The position numbers and the translations under genes are program-made. The notes beneath the pieces are model-generated. The model saw only the letters and a list, made by a program, of their open reading frames with translations, did not search any database and was not told where the DNA came from. A stretch of 64,000 bases of DNA from an uncultured Thermoplasmatales archaeon (GTDB lineage Archaea > Thermoplasmatota > Penumbrarchaeia > Penumbrarchaeales > Penumbrarchaeaceae), in NCBI GenBank assembly GCA_964563055.1, contig CAZLVP010000002.1:101552-165551 (forward strand), given 5' to 3'. This document shows positions 19,488 to 29,061 of the stretch, piece after piece (the first letter of the stretch is position 1; the number at the start of each line of letters is the position of its first letter).

Positions 19488-20474
19488 ATGACACTTAAGA
19501 CCCTTCGTCTTTCCGCCGGGACCGCCAAGGTCCTCTCCCTTCGGGAGGTTAGGTCCGACGCCCTACCCATCACTGGTTATATAATGGCCGGGGACAAGTG
19601 CATGAACTCATGCGCTTTCTGTGCGCAATCCTCCGCCCTTGGGGGGGCTGGAGGGAACGATCTGAGCAGGATTTCATGGCCACCGTTCCCCTATGATGTA
19701 GTAATGGATGCCTTGAAGGGGGCGAGGCCTAAAGGATTGAAGAGGCTTTGTGTCCAATGTCTTATGGACCCACCGCTCCTCCCTGAGCTCCCTTCTCTCG
19801 TTAGGGACCTAAAGGAGGCCTCGGACCTCCCGCTATCCCTCTCGATCTCCCCCCATTCTACTGAGTTCCTTAAGAAGCTAAGGGGGGCAGGGGCCGACAG
19901 GGTGGGGATAGCCTTGGATGCTGCCTCCCCCGAGATATTTGAAAGGGTGAAGGGTGCAGGGGTGGGAAATCCCCATACCTACGGTTCCATCAAGGAAGCC
20001 CTGCTGAGAGCGGTCGATATCTTCGGGAGGAACAATGTCTCGACCCATATCATCATCGGATTGGGGGAGACCGACTCCCAGGTGCTTGATGTCCTGAAGT
20101 GGTCCAAGGAGAACGGCATCACCCTGTCATTGTTCGCTCTTACACCGGTAAGGGGAGGACCCGACCTGGGCCCACCGCCCCCCATCGGGAGGTATAGGGC
20201 GCTCCAGGCCGTAAGGCATCTGGTAATGGAGCTGGGCATCACCGAAGGGTTCGGAACCGATGGTTCTGGGAAGCTGATGACCATTCCGGAAATATCTTCC
20301 CTCGATCAAGAGAACTGGAAGACCGCCTTTGAGACCAGGGGCTGTCCTGACTGTAATAGACCATATTACAACGAGAGGCCTGGGGGAACGATATTCAACT
20401 ACCCCATACAATTGACAAAGAACCAGGCCGATAGGGCGTTTTTGGAGGTTGAAAAATATGTCAGCGGAAGTTGA
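19488..20474 (+). CDS. Radical SAM protein (archaeal biotin-synthase-related family). Candidate LipS-type lipoyl synthase given the gene context
   Basis: CMNSCAFC = CX3CX2C radical-SAM cluster motif. About 330 aa. The 3' end overlaps the start of lplA-N. Confidence 0.65.
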   Translation: MTLKTLRLSAGTAKVLSLREVRSDALPITGYIMAGDKCMNSCAFCAQSSALGGAGGNDLSRISWPPFPYDVVMDALKGARPKGLKRLCVQCLMDPPLLPELPSLVRDLKEASDLPLSLSISPHSTEFLKKLRGAGADRVGIALDAASPEIFERVKGAGVGNPHTYGSIKEALLRAVDIFGRNNVSTHIIIGLGETDSQVLDVLKWSKENGITLSLFALTPVRGGPDLGPPPPIGRYRALQAVRHLVMELGITEGFGTDGSGKLMTIPEISSLDQENWKTAFETRGCPDCNRPYYNERPGGTIFNYPIQLTKNQADRAFLEVEKYVSGS

Positions 20475-21240
20475 TTGGAGGGTCCTCAGGCATGAGAAGA
20501 CCAAGAGGACCGCGGCTATGAACATGGGGGTGGACGAGGCCATACTGAACGCCGTTGCCGAGGGCAGGTCCCCCCCTACATTGAGGTTCTACATGTGGGC
20601 CCCATCTGCTGTCTCCCTGGGCTACTTCCAGGGATTGGAGCTCGAGGTGGACCTTGAGGAATGCCGGAAACGAGGGGTGGATGTGGTGAGGAGGATAACA
20701 GGGGGCGGAGCTGTCTATCACGACACCGATCTTGAGCTCACATATTCGGTTATTGTGAAAGAGGGCTCGGGCATCCTTCCAAAGGACATACTGGCTTCCT
20801 ACAAGGCCGTTTGCGCAGGTCTTATCAAGGGAATGGAGAAGCTGGGGATCAAGGCCGAGTTCAGACCCCTAAACGACCTGGTGGTCAACGGGAGGAAGAT
20901 ATCGGGTAACGCCCAGACCAGGAGGCAGGGGTGCATCCTTCAGCACGGAACTGTCCTAATGGGGGTGGATGTGGAGAAGATGTTCGCCATACTCATGGTC
21001 CCTGACGAGAAGCTAAGAGGCAAGATGGTAGAGGGCGTCAAGGCATCTGTCACGTCGCTCCAGCGGATATTAGGGAGCGTCCCCGAACCGAGCCTACTAG
21101 CCGATGCCCTAGAAGAGGGTATGGCCTCCTCCCTTCCCGGGCGGTTCTTGAGGGGCAACCTCTCTTTGGAAGAGGAGGGCGATGCCAATAGGATCTCCCA
21201 AGAGCGCTACTCAAGCCAGGCATGGACCAGGAAAAGGTGA
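20458..21240 (+). CDS. lplA: Lipoate-protein ligase A, N-terminal catalytic domain (LplA-N)
   Basis: BPL/LPL catalytic domain pattern (RRITGGGAVYHD; KISGNAQTRRQG..LQHGT). Archaeal split-LplA arrangement. Confidence 0.75.
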   Translation: MSAEVDWRVLRHEKTKRTAAMNMGVDEAILNAVAEGRSPPTLRFYMWAPSAVSLGYFQGLELEVDLEECRKRGVDVVRRITGGGAVYHDTDLELTYSVIVKEGSGILPKDILASYKAVCAGLIKGMEKLGIKAEFRPLNDLVVNGRKISGNAQTRRQGCILQHGTVLMGVDVEKMFAILMVPDEKLRGKMVEGVKASVTSLQRILGSVPEPSLLADALEEGMASSLPGRFLRGNLSLEEEGDANRISQERYSSQAWTRKR

Positions 21241-21244
21241 TATT

Positions 21245-21571
21245 ATGGCGACCAAGGTCCAGGGGGGATTCGACAGGAAGGTGCCGAATGGAAAGTTCAT
21301 CAGGATCCGGGTGGAGCTCGAGACCGGCAATCCGCCCAAGCTTGTTTCTGTGAGGGTCTATGGTGACTTCTTCATGCACCCGGAAAAGCTCATAGAGGAC
21401 ATAGAGGCGTCCCTCCTTGGTTCGGGAGGGGACGCTGAGAGGGCGAAAGTACAGCTTCATGATCTCTTCGGTTCTCCCGGGGTCAGTGTCTTCGGGGCCG
21501 GACCCGAGGATTTCATTGTGACGTTCAGATCTGCACTAGCGGATGCTAGGACCAAAGCGGGAGTTCCTTGA
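21245..21571 (+). CDS. lplB: Lipoate-protein ligase accessory C-terminal domain protein (LplA-C / LplB)
   Basis: About 108 aa. The ATG lies 4 nt after the lplA-N stop. Typical size and position of the separate C-terminal domain in Thermoplasma-type split LplA. Confidence 0.55.
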   Translation: MATKVQGGFDRKVPNGKFIRIRVELETGNPPKLVSVRVYGDFFMHPEKLIEDIEASLLGSGGDAERAKVQLHDLFGSPGVSVFGAGPEDFIVTFRSALADARTKAGVP

Positions 21572-21678
21572 TAGGGGGTGGGTGGTCTTGATCAGGGAGT
21601 TGTGGAACCATTAATATGTCCTTAATGCCCTCAGCCATACGGCAAAGCGATAGGGGGTAGTGGGAACTGAGGCCCAAG

Positions 21679-23154
21679 ATGGTCCTATCCGGGCTCGGAA
21701 CAGTGCTTCTAGTCTTCCCGTTCACAATGCTCCTTCCGGTCCTGGTGGGCCTGTTGTACAAGGAGGACCTGTTATTCCTCCTTGAATGCTTCATCCTCCC
21801 TGCTTCTGTGACCTTTGTTATGGGCTGGACCTTGACCGCATTAACAGGAAGGGCTGACAGGCCTAAGGATGAAATGCGCCCATCGGAGTCCTTCGTTATC
21901 GTTGCACTCCTTTGGCTGGTGATTGCGTTCATTGGCTCTTTGCCCTACATGATCAGTGGGGTCATCCCCGATGTGGTAGGCGCCTTCTTTGAGTCTATAT
22001 CGGGTTTCACCACGACTGGAGCCAGCGTCCTGTCCAAGATCGATGGGATTAACAGGTCTATACTCTTCTGGAGGGCATTCACTCAATGGCTGGGGGGGAT
22101 AGGGATAGTTGTCCTTATAGTAGCGTTCTTCTCCAACTTCTTAGGGGGTTTCAGGACGGGCCTCCTAATGTTGAAGGGTGAGGTCCCTGGCCATAGTACA
22201 GAAAAGCTCGTCCCCAGGTTGAGAGATACTAGCAAATTGCTTTTTCTGACCTATTGTATATTGACCATTTTTGGGACAATTCTCCTCTCGCTAATGGGTA
22301 TGTCCGTTTTCGATGCCATCTGCCATACCTTCACTGCATTGGCGACCGGTGGGTTCGGAACGCATACCGAAAGCATCTATTACTTCAAGGACCTGCCAAC
22401 TTATATCCCGATACAGATAACCCTTTGTTTTTTGATGATATTGGGAAGTACCAGTTTCATCCTGCATTATAATCTGATCTTTAAAAGGGATTGGAGGATA
22501 TACATCAATAGCAAGGAGCTTCGAGTATACCTATCTATAATGATAGTCACAATCTGTTTTGTCACCTTAGACCTAGCGTTGAGCCGTGATTACCTTCCAT
22601 GGGAGTCGTTGTTGAACTCTTTTTTCACGGTTGTGTCCATGAACACGACAACAGGATTTGCCACAGTGGATTTCAATGGATGGCCCATGCTTTCTCAATT
22701 CCTCCTGATAATCGTGATGATACTTGGTGGTATGACCGGCTCTACCTCCGGTGCCTTAAAAACTGCTAGATTTATGGTCATGTCCAAAGCTGTTACCAGG
22801 AGCTTGATCAGGATCGGTCATCCTCGGGCTATCAGGCCGATAAGTATCAGTGGAATTATAATACCCGAGAAAGTAGTTAAAACGATAGGGATGTTCGTTT
22901 TTGGATACATAATGACCTTCTTGATCGGTACATTCCTCCTCACAATGACGGGGTTGGATTTCACAACGAGCATATCCGCTTCAGCGGCTAATCTAGGTGG
23001 TGTAGGACCTGGATTGAACGTAGTGGGCCCATGGAGCAATTATTCATCCATCAGCACCATGGCAAAACTGATCCTTATTGGGCTCATGTGGCTCGGAAGG
23101 CTCGAGCTGGTGACCGCGCTCGCCCTCTTCCTGCCCTCGACCTACAGGAAGTGA
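21679..23154 (+). CDS. trkH: Trk-type potassium uptake protein TrkH
   Basis: 491 aa, polytopic. TrkH/KtrB selectivity-filter-like glycine motifs (TTTGF, ATGGFG). Confidence 0.8.
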   Translation: MVLSGLGTVLLVFPFTMLLPVLVGLLYKEDLLFLLECFILPASVTFVMGWTLTALTGRADRPKDEMRPSESFVIVALLWLVIAFIGSLPYMISGVIPDVVGAFFESISGFTTTGASVLSKIDGINRSILFWRAFTQWLGGIGIVVLIVAFFSNFLGGFRTGLLMLKGEVPGHSTEKLVPRLRDTSKLLFLTYCILTIFGTILLSLMGMSVFDAICHTFTALATGGFGTHTESIYYFKDLPTYIPIQITLCFLMILGSTSFILHYNLIFKRDWRIYINSKELRVYLSIMIVTICFVTLDLALSRDYLPWESLLNSFFTVVSMNTTTGFATVDFNGWPMLSQFLLIIVMILGGMTGSTSGALKTARFMVMSKAVTRSLIRIGHPRAIRPISISGIIIPEKVVKTIGMFVFGYIMTFLIGTFLLTMTGLDFTTSISASAANLGGVGPGLNVVGPWSNYSSISTMAKLILIGLMWLGRLELVTALALFLPSTYRK

Positions 23155-23193
23155 CGGCAACATTATTAGAAGGTCCGGGCGGATACCGCTTGG

Positions 23194-23934
23194 ATGCTTG
23201 ATGTCATAAGGTTGATAATGGACCACCGTTCAGCCGATCTTGACCCCAGGAAGTACCCTGATGCCGGGACGGCCAGGAAAATGGCGTTCAACGGGCCCTG
23301 GTCAGAGGAGCTCCCCGCCCACCTTCTACTGGAAGGGCTCTTCATGGTCGCAACGGGGGTAAGACCCTCTTCCTTCTACCACCCCTCCTCCGAGCGTGAG
23401 ATAGCTCTCCTGAACGGTGCGGCCCGCGAGCTGGGATTGGGGATGAGGGTCAGGTTAGCGGGAAGCAAGGTACATAAGGTCTGGTTGTCAGGTCCAAGGA
23501 ACTTCGGCCTGATAGAGACCCTGCCGGACATAACTGAAGATATAGGTCCCAGGGAGTTCATAGCGGCGCAGATAGGATTGGCGAACATGACGGGCAAGTT
23601 CCTTGGGTATCCCGAATGCTGTGTCCGCTCCTTCGTAGAGCATCTGCTGGCGGGGACAGATCAGGACCTAGAAGCTATGGAATCTTTCAAAGGACATCCG
23701 GAACCGGACCCCCGCGCATATTTCGTCGAGAGGTTCGTTCCGTGCAGGCCTGATTGCCCTGAGGCGATCAAGGAGGGGGATCGTATCGAGCAAGAACTTG
23801 GCAGGTTGGCCCCAGCCCTCTTACCTATGTATCGGACGCTTCGGACCGGGCACATAGAAGAGGTCAGGTCGGGAGCGGTGATAAGGGAGAAGAGGGCTCG
23901 TGACCACTCTTTGAAAGAAGCGGGATCAGGGTAA
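23194..23934 (+). CDS. Conserved hypothetical protein (GYPECC motif; DUF483-like)
   Basis: ORF of 246 aa with a GYPECCV...PCRPDCPEA Cys pattern. Confidence 0.35.
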   Translation: MLDVIRLIMDHRSADLDPRKYPDAGTARKMAFNGPWSEELPAHLLLEGLFMVATGVRPSSFYHPSSEREIALLNGAARELGLGMRVRLAGSKVHKVWLSGPRNFGLIETLPDITEDIGPREFIAAQIGLANMTGKFLGYPECCVRSFVEHLLAGTDQDLEAMESFKGHPEPDPRAYFVERFVPCRPDCPEAIKEGDRIEQELGRLAPALLPMYRTLRTGHIEEVRSGAVIREKRARDHSLKEAGSG

Positions 23935-23994
23935 GATCGTCATGGAATTGGGGTAATGTCGCGAGAGTTGTTACCCTATTCAACGCTCATGCCC

Positions 23995-25302
23995 TCAAAT
24001 AAGGGGGTCCTCCACCTTTCCCATGAACAGTATAGACCCCGTCTCTTTGTGCATTATAAAGAATAGGAAGGGGTGGTCCGCTCTGAAAACGGGTATAACT
24101 TCCACTCCTCCCCGCAGACTGACCACCACCGCTGTCGCGGCCGCCGCCTCGGTCCCTTCCTCGTTCACCTTGACGAAGGCCTTATGAAGTACTGCTGAAA
24201 TGTAAGCGTCCTCTGAATAGGGGAGAGGGGCCATCCTGCTGAAGTCGGATTTCCCAGGATCGAAGGCATCTATCATGCCGAGCGACATCAACGGCTCGTC
24301 CAGCCCATATTCGGTCTCGACCTCGAACTTGGGCAGATAGACATCGACCTCAGTATCGTAGAGCCCGTCTTGCACCCCCTTAAGCTTCGCATCGGAGAGC
24401 GATGCCTCCATTGATGCGATATCACCCTTTGGCAACAAAACGAGCATGGAAAGGTCACCGCCCTTGTAAGGGAGCTCCAATGCTTCCAGTCCATCATCCC
24501 CGTAGTATCGCAGCCCCTCCTCCACGTTCATGGACATGGTTGGGACCTTGATACTCTCACCGGAAGAGAGGTGGAAGTAGGTATCTGTCGTGTCCTCCTT
24601 GTTGAACTCGTATAGCCATTTCCCGTAGAAGTAAATGGCACTGGTCAAGATCATTAAGATCGGCGGGGTGAGGATACCTTCAGGCAACAGGTCCTTGATC
24701 CTTTCATTGGTCTGTTCCTCGACCCATTCATTGATCCTCTGCCTGGCACCTTCAAGATCTGAGTTGAAATCGAGTTCCTCTATCCCCCCGAGATAGAAGT
24801 CCTCGATGATATCATAGAACGACTGGAGGATAGGGTATCCCTCCTGGGGCCATATCTTGTTGGGGGAGGAGAGCTCGTAATCGTCCGTTCCGTTCTTTAT
24901 TCTGTTCTGGACCTTTGCAAATGACCCTCTGCGGACAGTATCATTGTCAGGAAGGTACAGGACCTCGGCCATCTGCTCAGCGGTGTCTCCCCCAGCGCCT
25001 TCGTACGTCATCGAAAGTGCTGTGAAGATAGAGTAGGGGGAGATGAACACGTTATCGCTTCCGTTCAGGAGCTCAAGATAAAGGTCGATGCCGAACTGGT
25101 TTAGGGCACCGGTTATCTCAGTAACACCCTCGGAAGTGGCGTTCCTCTCGTCCAGACCTTCTCCGGTCCATGAACCGATATCCTCTTTTCCATCACCGCC
25201 CCCATCTCGGCCATTGAAGATGATGGTTCCAAGGACTGCGGCCCCTAGCATCAACGCTATCGTGAAGATGGCGATTATGCCAATAGCTATCCTCCTGTCC
25301 AT
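23995..25302 (-). CDS. Serpin (serine protease inhibitor) with an N-terminal membrane anchor. Inhibitory-type hinge; predicted P1 = Arg
   Basis: Hinge EEGTEAAAATAVVV. Serpin C-terminal signature FRADHPFLFFIMHKETGSILFMGKVEDP. N-terminal TM IAIGIIAIFTIALMLGAAVLGTII. Leaderless start at 25302 with TTTAAATA about 25 nt upstream. Confidence 0.85.
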   Translation of the reverse strand: MDRRIAIGIIAIFTIALMLGAAVLGTIIFNGRDGGGDGKEDIGSWTGEGLDERNATSEGVTEITGALNQFGIDLYLELLNGSDNVFISPYSIFTALSMTYEGAGGDTAEQMAEVLYLPDNDTVRRGSFAKVQNRIKNGTDDYELSSPNKIWPQEGYPILQSFYDIIEDFYLGGIEELDFNSDLEGARQRINEWVEEQTNERIKDLLPEGILTPPILMILTSAIYFYGKWLYEFNKEDTTDTYFHLSSGESIKVPTMSMNVEEGLRYYGDDGLEALELPYKGGDLSMLVLLPKGDIASMEASLSDAKLKGVQDGLYDTEVDVYLPKFEVETEYGLDEPLMSLGMIDAFDPGKSDFSRMAPLPYSEDAYISAVLHKAFVKVNEEGTEAAAATAVVVSLRGGVEVIPVFRADHPFLFFIMHKETGSILFMGKVEDPLI

Positions 25303-25358
25303 GGTTTGAGAATGGGTACAGACCCTATTTAAACGATTGGAACATGTTTGGGACAACA

Positions 25359-26795
25359 TCACTTCGTCTGCTTTCTCAGGAACTCTGCGACGATGGTCCT
25401 CAGGTCAGGTTTCCCAATTACCTGGAGCTCATAGCGGACCCTGATTATTGGTTTGTTCACCTTGAGGACCCTCGAGATATCGATAGGGGTCCCGGTTATG
25501 ACAACATCGCAGGGGGTCTTGTTTATGGTCTCCTCCAGTTCCTTGGTCTGTACCGGTCCGTATCCCATCGCCGGCAGGATGTTCGTCAGGTGGTCGTACT
25601 TCAGGTAGGTCTCGAGTATGCTGCCAGAGGCATATGGGTGGGGATCGACTATCTCCCCGGCACTGAACTTCTCCGCAGCTATCTTACCCGCCCCGTAACC
25701 CATGCCCCCATGGGTGACGGTGGGTCCGTCCTCGACGACCAGGACCTTCTTTCCCCTTATTGCCTCCGTATCCGTTACGGAGATGGGGGATGCCGCCTCG
25801 ACTATCATCGCCCGTGGATTGATCTCCCTGACATTGTCCTTGACGTCCTCAACGTCCTTGGGTTTGGCCGTATCTATCTTATTTATAACGACGACATCGG
25901 CCATCAGAACGTTGGTCTCTCCAGGATAGTAGTTGATCTCGTCCCCCGGCCTGTGCGGGTCCACGACCGTGATAAGGAGGTCGGGCTTGATGAAGGACAT
26001 GTCGTTGTTCCCACCATCCCATAGGATGACATCCGCTTCCTTCTCCGCCTCAGCGAGGATTTCCTTGTAATCGACCCCGGCGAAGACCACCGCGCCCCGG
26101 TCGATGTGCGGTTCGTACTCCTCCCGCTCCTCTATCGTGCATTCGGCCCTGTCGAGGTCCGCGTAAGAGGCGAACCTCTGGACCTTCTGTGCGTAAAGGT
26201 TGCCGTAAGGCATAGGATGGCGTATGGCCACAGCCCTTTTCCCCATATCCCTGAGGAGCTCGATAATATAGCGCGTGGTCTGGGACTTCCCGGCCCCGGT
26301 CCTTGATGCACAAACAGCAATAACAGGCTTTTGAGACCTGAGCATCGTGTACTTCGGCCCCAGGAGCATGAAATCAGGACCGCATGCATTTACCTTGGCC
26401 GCCTTCCTCATGACGGTCTGGTAAGATAGATCCGAATAGGCAAGTACACAGATGTCCACCTTCTTCTCCTTTATTATATCGTCCAGGTCCTCTTCTGCCT
26501 TTATAGGTATCCCGTTCGGATATAGCGGCCCGGAGAGTTCCGGTGGGAACATCTTATCATCTATTCCCGGTATCTGGGTGGCTGTGAAGGCCACCACATC
26601 GAAGTCCCTGTTCTCCTTGTAGTACATGTTGAAATTGTGGAAGTCGCGGCCTGCGGCCCCCATTATCACTACCTTTCGTCTTGGCAAACGGATCACCTGT
26701 GGTCCAGACAGTGTCACGGACAAGGTCCTGGTCTGGGTTGGGGACCCAACAAGGTGGCCAGATTCATTGCCCGGACCGCCAATCAAAGCGGTCAT
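25359..26795 (-). CDS. Probable cyclic 2,3-diphosphoglycerate synthetase-like P-loop protein
   Basis: 478 aa. N-terminal Rossmann-like KVVIMGAAGRDFHNF. Central P-loop CASRTGAGKSQTT. Family assignment from memory, not verified. The ATG sits about 25 nt downstream of a TATA-like element, so it is probably leaderless. Confidence 0.45.
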   Translation of the reverse strand: MTALIGGPGNESGHLVGSPTQTRTLSVTLSGPQVIRLPRRKVVIMGAAGRDFHNFNMYYKENRDFDVVAFTATQIPGIDDKMFPPELSGPLYPNGIPIKAEEDLDDIIKEKKVDICVLAYSDLSYQTVMRKAAKVNACGPDFMLLGPKYTMLRSQKPVIAVCASRTGAGKSQTTRYIIELLRDMGKRAVAIRHPMPYGNLYAQKVQRFASYADLDRAECTIEEREEYEPHIDRGAVVFAGVDYKEILAEAEKEADVILWDGGNNDMSFIKPDLLITVVDPHRPGDEINYYPGETNVLMADVVVINKIDTAKPKDVEDVKDNVREINPRAMIVEAASPISVTDTEAIRGKKVLVVEDGPTVTHGGMGYGAGKIAAEKFSAGEIVDPHPYASGSILETYLKYDHLTNILPAMGYGPVQTKELEETINKTPCDVVITGTPIDISRVLKVNKPIIRVRYELQVIGKPDLRTIVAEFLRKQTK

Positions 26796-26898
26796 GGACC
26801 ATACCGACCATGAAAGTAGGGTATCATATATTTTTCCATGATGACTTATATATTCCTATTTGGGAGGAAATTATAGGTTTGAAGGGTCGGAAGGCCTT

Positions 26899-27360
26899 TC
26901 AACGCACATCGCCCTTGATGAACCCCAGGGCCCGTTTTACATGCTCGTCTGCCTTGGTCTGGGAATTGAAGATATAGCGGACCTTTCCAGCATTGTCCAC
27001 TACATACGTTACCCTACCGGGGAGCAATCCCAGGGACCTGGGCACCCCGAAAAGCTTCCTGACCTTTTCCCCCTCATCGCTCAATAATATAAAGGGTAGG
27101 CCGTGCTTTTTTACGAACCTGATATGAGAATCCACGCTGCTGGAACTTATCCCGACCACCTCGGCCCCCTCTTCTTTCAGGTCCTGGTACATGTTTCTGA
27201 AACTGCAGGCCTGGGCAGTGCAACCCGGCGTAAAATCATGCGGATAGAAATATATCACCAGAGGTCCCTTGCCTAGGAGGTCCTTGGACCGGACCATCTG
27301 TCCGGATGAGGACATCAGTTCGAACTCGGGTATAAGGTCTCCCACCTTCAACGCTGGCAT
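26899..27360 (-). CDS. bcp: Peroxiredoxin, Bcp type (thiol peroxidase)
   Basis: FTPGCT peroxidatic-Cys motif with a resolving Cys 5 residues later (CTAQAC). 153 aa. Confidence 0.8.
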   Translation of the reverse strand: MPALKVGDLIPEFELMSSSGQMVRSKDLLGKGPLVIYFYPHDFTPGCTAQACSFRNMYQDLKEEGAEVVGISSSSVDSHIRFVKKHGLPFILLSDEGEKVRKLFGVPRSLGLLPGRVTYVVDNAGKVRYIFNSQTKADEHVKRALGFIKGDVR

Positions 27361-27485
27361 TCGATCACGATTTGGTCATCCTCCTTTCATTATTCAATCC
27401 TTGTCCCGGACATTTCCTGTAAAGATGATAAGTTCAGGGTATGGTATTAATACCCGCAAGAGGAATTACTACCCGGTGAGCTTGT

Positions 27486-29027
27486 ATGTTAGCCCGATGG
27501 ACGAACATCATATCGACGGCAGCCCTCATCGTTCTGATATCATCCTCATTGATGGTGGGAAGCGCCCGCGAGGGGACCGAGAACGACGAATATGCCCTTG
27601 AGATATCCGTGTTGGATTCGAGAACTGGCGGTCCGGTCAAAGCGTTTATGGCCATCTATCAGGGCAATGATGTTATCGCAAAACTGGAAACGAACGAGAA
27701 CGGCCTAGCCAGAGCCGTCCTACCAGCTGGTAATTATACATATGGAATGGAGGCAAGGGGTTACCAACCTGTTAAGGGCAGATTGATCATCGTCGATAGC
27801 GCTGTTGCGTTGACAATATCTATGGAACCTGTTTCCGATGATGCAGAAAAGGGAGTACTGCAGGCGCATCTTGTTGATGCGGTAAAGGGTGGCCCGGTCC
27901 TTGGTGTCATGACAATAAACGGTAAGGATGGCACATCCACGGCCATCAAGTCCGGTGAACGTGGCCTGGTCAAGGCAGAGCTTCCAGCGGGCAACTACAG
28001 TTACAGCGTAGAGGCCCGGGGTTACGAGCCTGTAAAGGGGAGGTTCGCTTTGAAAGGGACGGTCCTAGAGATCAGGGTATCAATGAAACCCAACTCCGAT
28101 GAAGTGCCTCAGGAGCCGTATGGTGTCATCTTCGGTGCGGTGATGGGACCCGAAAAGCGGCCTATGGCCGGTGTGATGGTCATTATAATGGGAGCCCCAA
28201 TTAGGCATACTATGGACCCCGTGCTCATGGACGAAGATTGGAGCCTACCACCGGAACAGGTGGGTGAGCAGTTCATGGAGCGGGTCCAGACCGATAGGGA
28301 GGGCAATTTCAAGGTCAGGGTCCCGTTCGGGGGTTATCAGGTCATGGTGGAACTGAAGGGTTTCAACCCATACTTCGATCTCATTGAGGTCTCCAAGGAT
28401 AATAGGGAGGTCCGTGTCCATATAATGCTGGAGAAGATGTACGAGGAACCACCGTTCCCTGATATGGCCAGGGCAGTAGTTGACCTAAGCTATGCTGACA
28501 TGGATTCCGACGGGAACCCCGAGAAGGTCCATCTTGTGATCGACCTTGACGGTGATAAGGTCCCCGAGCTGGAGCTGACCATGGTGGATAGGAACAGCGA
28601 CGGGAACCCCGAGGAGCTCAACGTCCGCTCTTCCCTCCCTCTCGTAATGAGAGAGCGTATAATGGGCCTCCTGATGATGTTCCTTCAGGACCCCTCCGTC
28701 CTTCCCTTCCCGGAAGCATCAGAGGACCCTGATGATTGGGATTGGACAGATGGTATGGCCCAGGATGGTTCGGAGAAGGTGGACTGGGATGAAATCCTTG
28801 CAAGGCTCATCGGTGACGGAGAGGAGGAAGAAGATGGACGGGACCCTGGGTCGGAGGAAGGCCTTGATGACAACAAAGAATCGACCTCCGGTCCGGTCTC
28901 CGAAAGGGAAGGGTCGAACGATAGCGGTCCGAGGTTCCTGATCGCTGGTGGTTCACTTATCGCGTTGTTCCTGTTGATCCTTACGGTCCTAGCCTTAGGT
29001 GTGCTCTTACGCACAAAGAAGAATTGA
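27486..29027 (+). CDS. Secreted membrane-anchored protein with three carboxypeptidase-regulatory-like (transthyretin-fold) domains, an acidic region and a C-terminal TM anchor
   Basis: Signal peptide. Repeated units LPAGNYTYGMEARGYQPVKGRL / LPAGNYSYSVEARGYEPVKGRF / VPFGGYQVMVELKGFNPY. A D/E-rich region. C-terminal GPRFLIAGGSLIALFLLILTVLALGVLLRTKKN. Confidence 0.55.
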   Translation: MLARWTNIISTAALIVLISSSLMVGSAREGTENDEYALEISVLDSRTGGPVKAFMAIYQGNDVIAKLETNENGLARAVLPAGNYTYGMEARGYQPVKGRLIIVDSAVALTISMEPVSDDAEKGVLQAHLVDAVKGGPVLGVMTINGKDGTSTAIKSGERGLVKAELPAGNYSYSVEARGYEPVKGRFALKGTVLEIRVSMKPNSDEVPQEPYGVIFGAVMGPEKRPMAGVMVIIMGAPIRHTMDPVLMDEDWSLPPEQVGEQFMERVQTDREGNFKVRVPFGGYQVMVELKGFNPYFDLIEVSKDNREVRVHIMLEKMYEEPPFPDMARAVVDLSYADMDSDGNPEKVHLVIDLDGDKVPELELTMVDRNSDGNPEELNVRSSLPLVMRERIMGLLMMFLQDPSVLPFPEASEDPDDWDWTDGMAQDGSEKVDWDEILARLIGDGEEEEDGRDPGSEEGLDDNKESTSGPVSEREGSNDSGPRFLIAGGSLIALFLLILTVLALGVLLRTKKN

Positions 29028-29061
29028 GGGTGATTTGGGACCTAACAGAGGTCGTTACGAT

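Noticed and set aside
21571-21679. Direct repeat GATAGGGGGT(N66)GATAGGGGGT upstream of trkH
   Set aside because: It is too short and isolated to call a regulatory element or repeat family. It is noted only as a possible operator.
25344-26024. 226-aa plus-strand ORF inside the cpgS-like gene
   Set aside because: It is fully antisense to a longer ORF that has clear P-loop motifs. Its composition is Arg/Gly/Leu-rich, typical of high-GC shadow frames.
26826-26890. ATGATGA (C-box-like) sequence suggesting a C/D box sRNA
   Set aside because: No matching D box (CUGA) or guide-length spacing is present. The region is better explained as the divergent or leaderless promoter TATA region for the cpgS-like gene.
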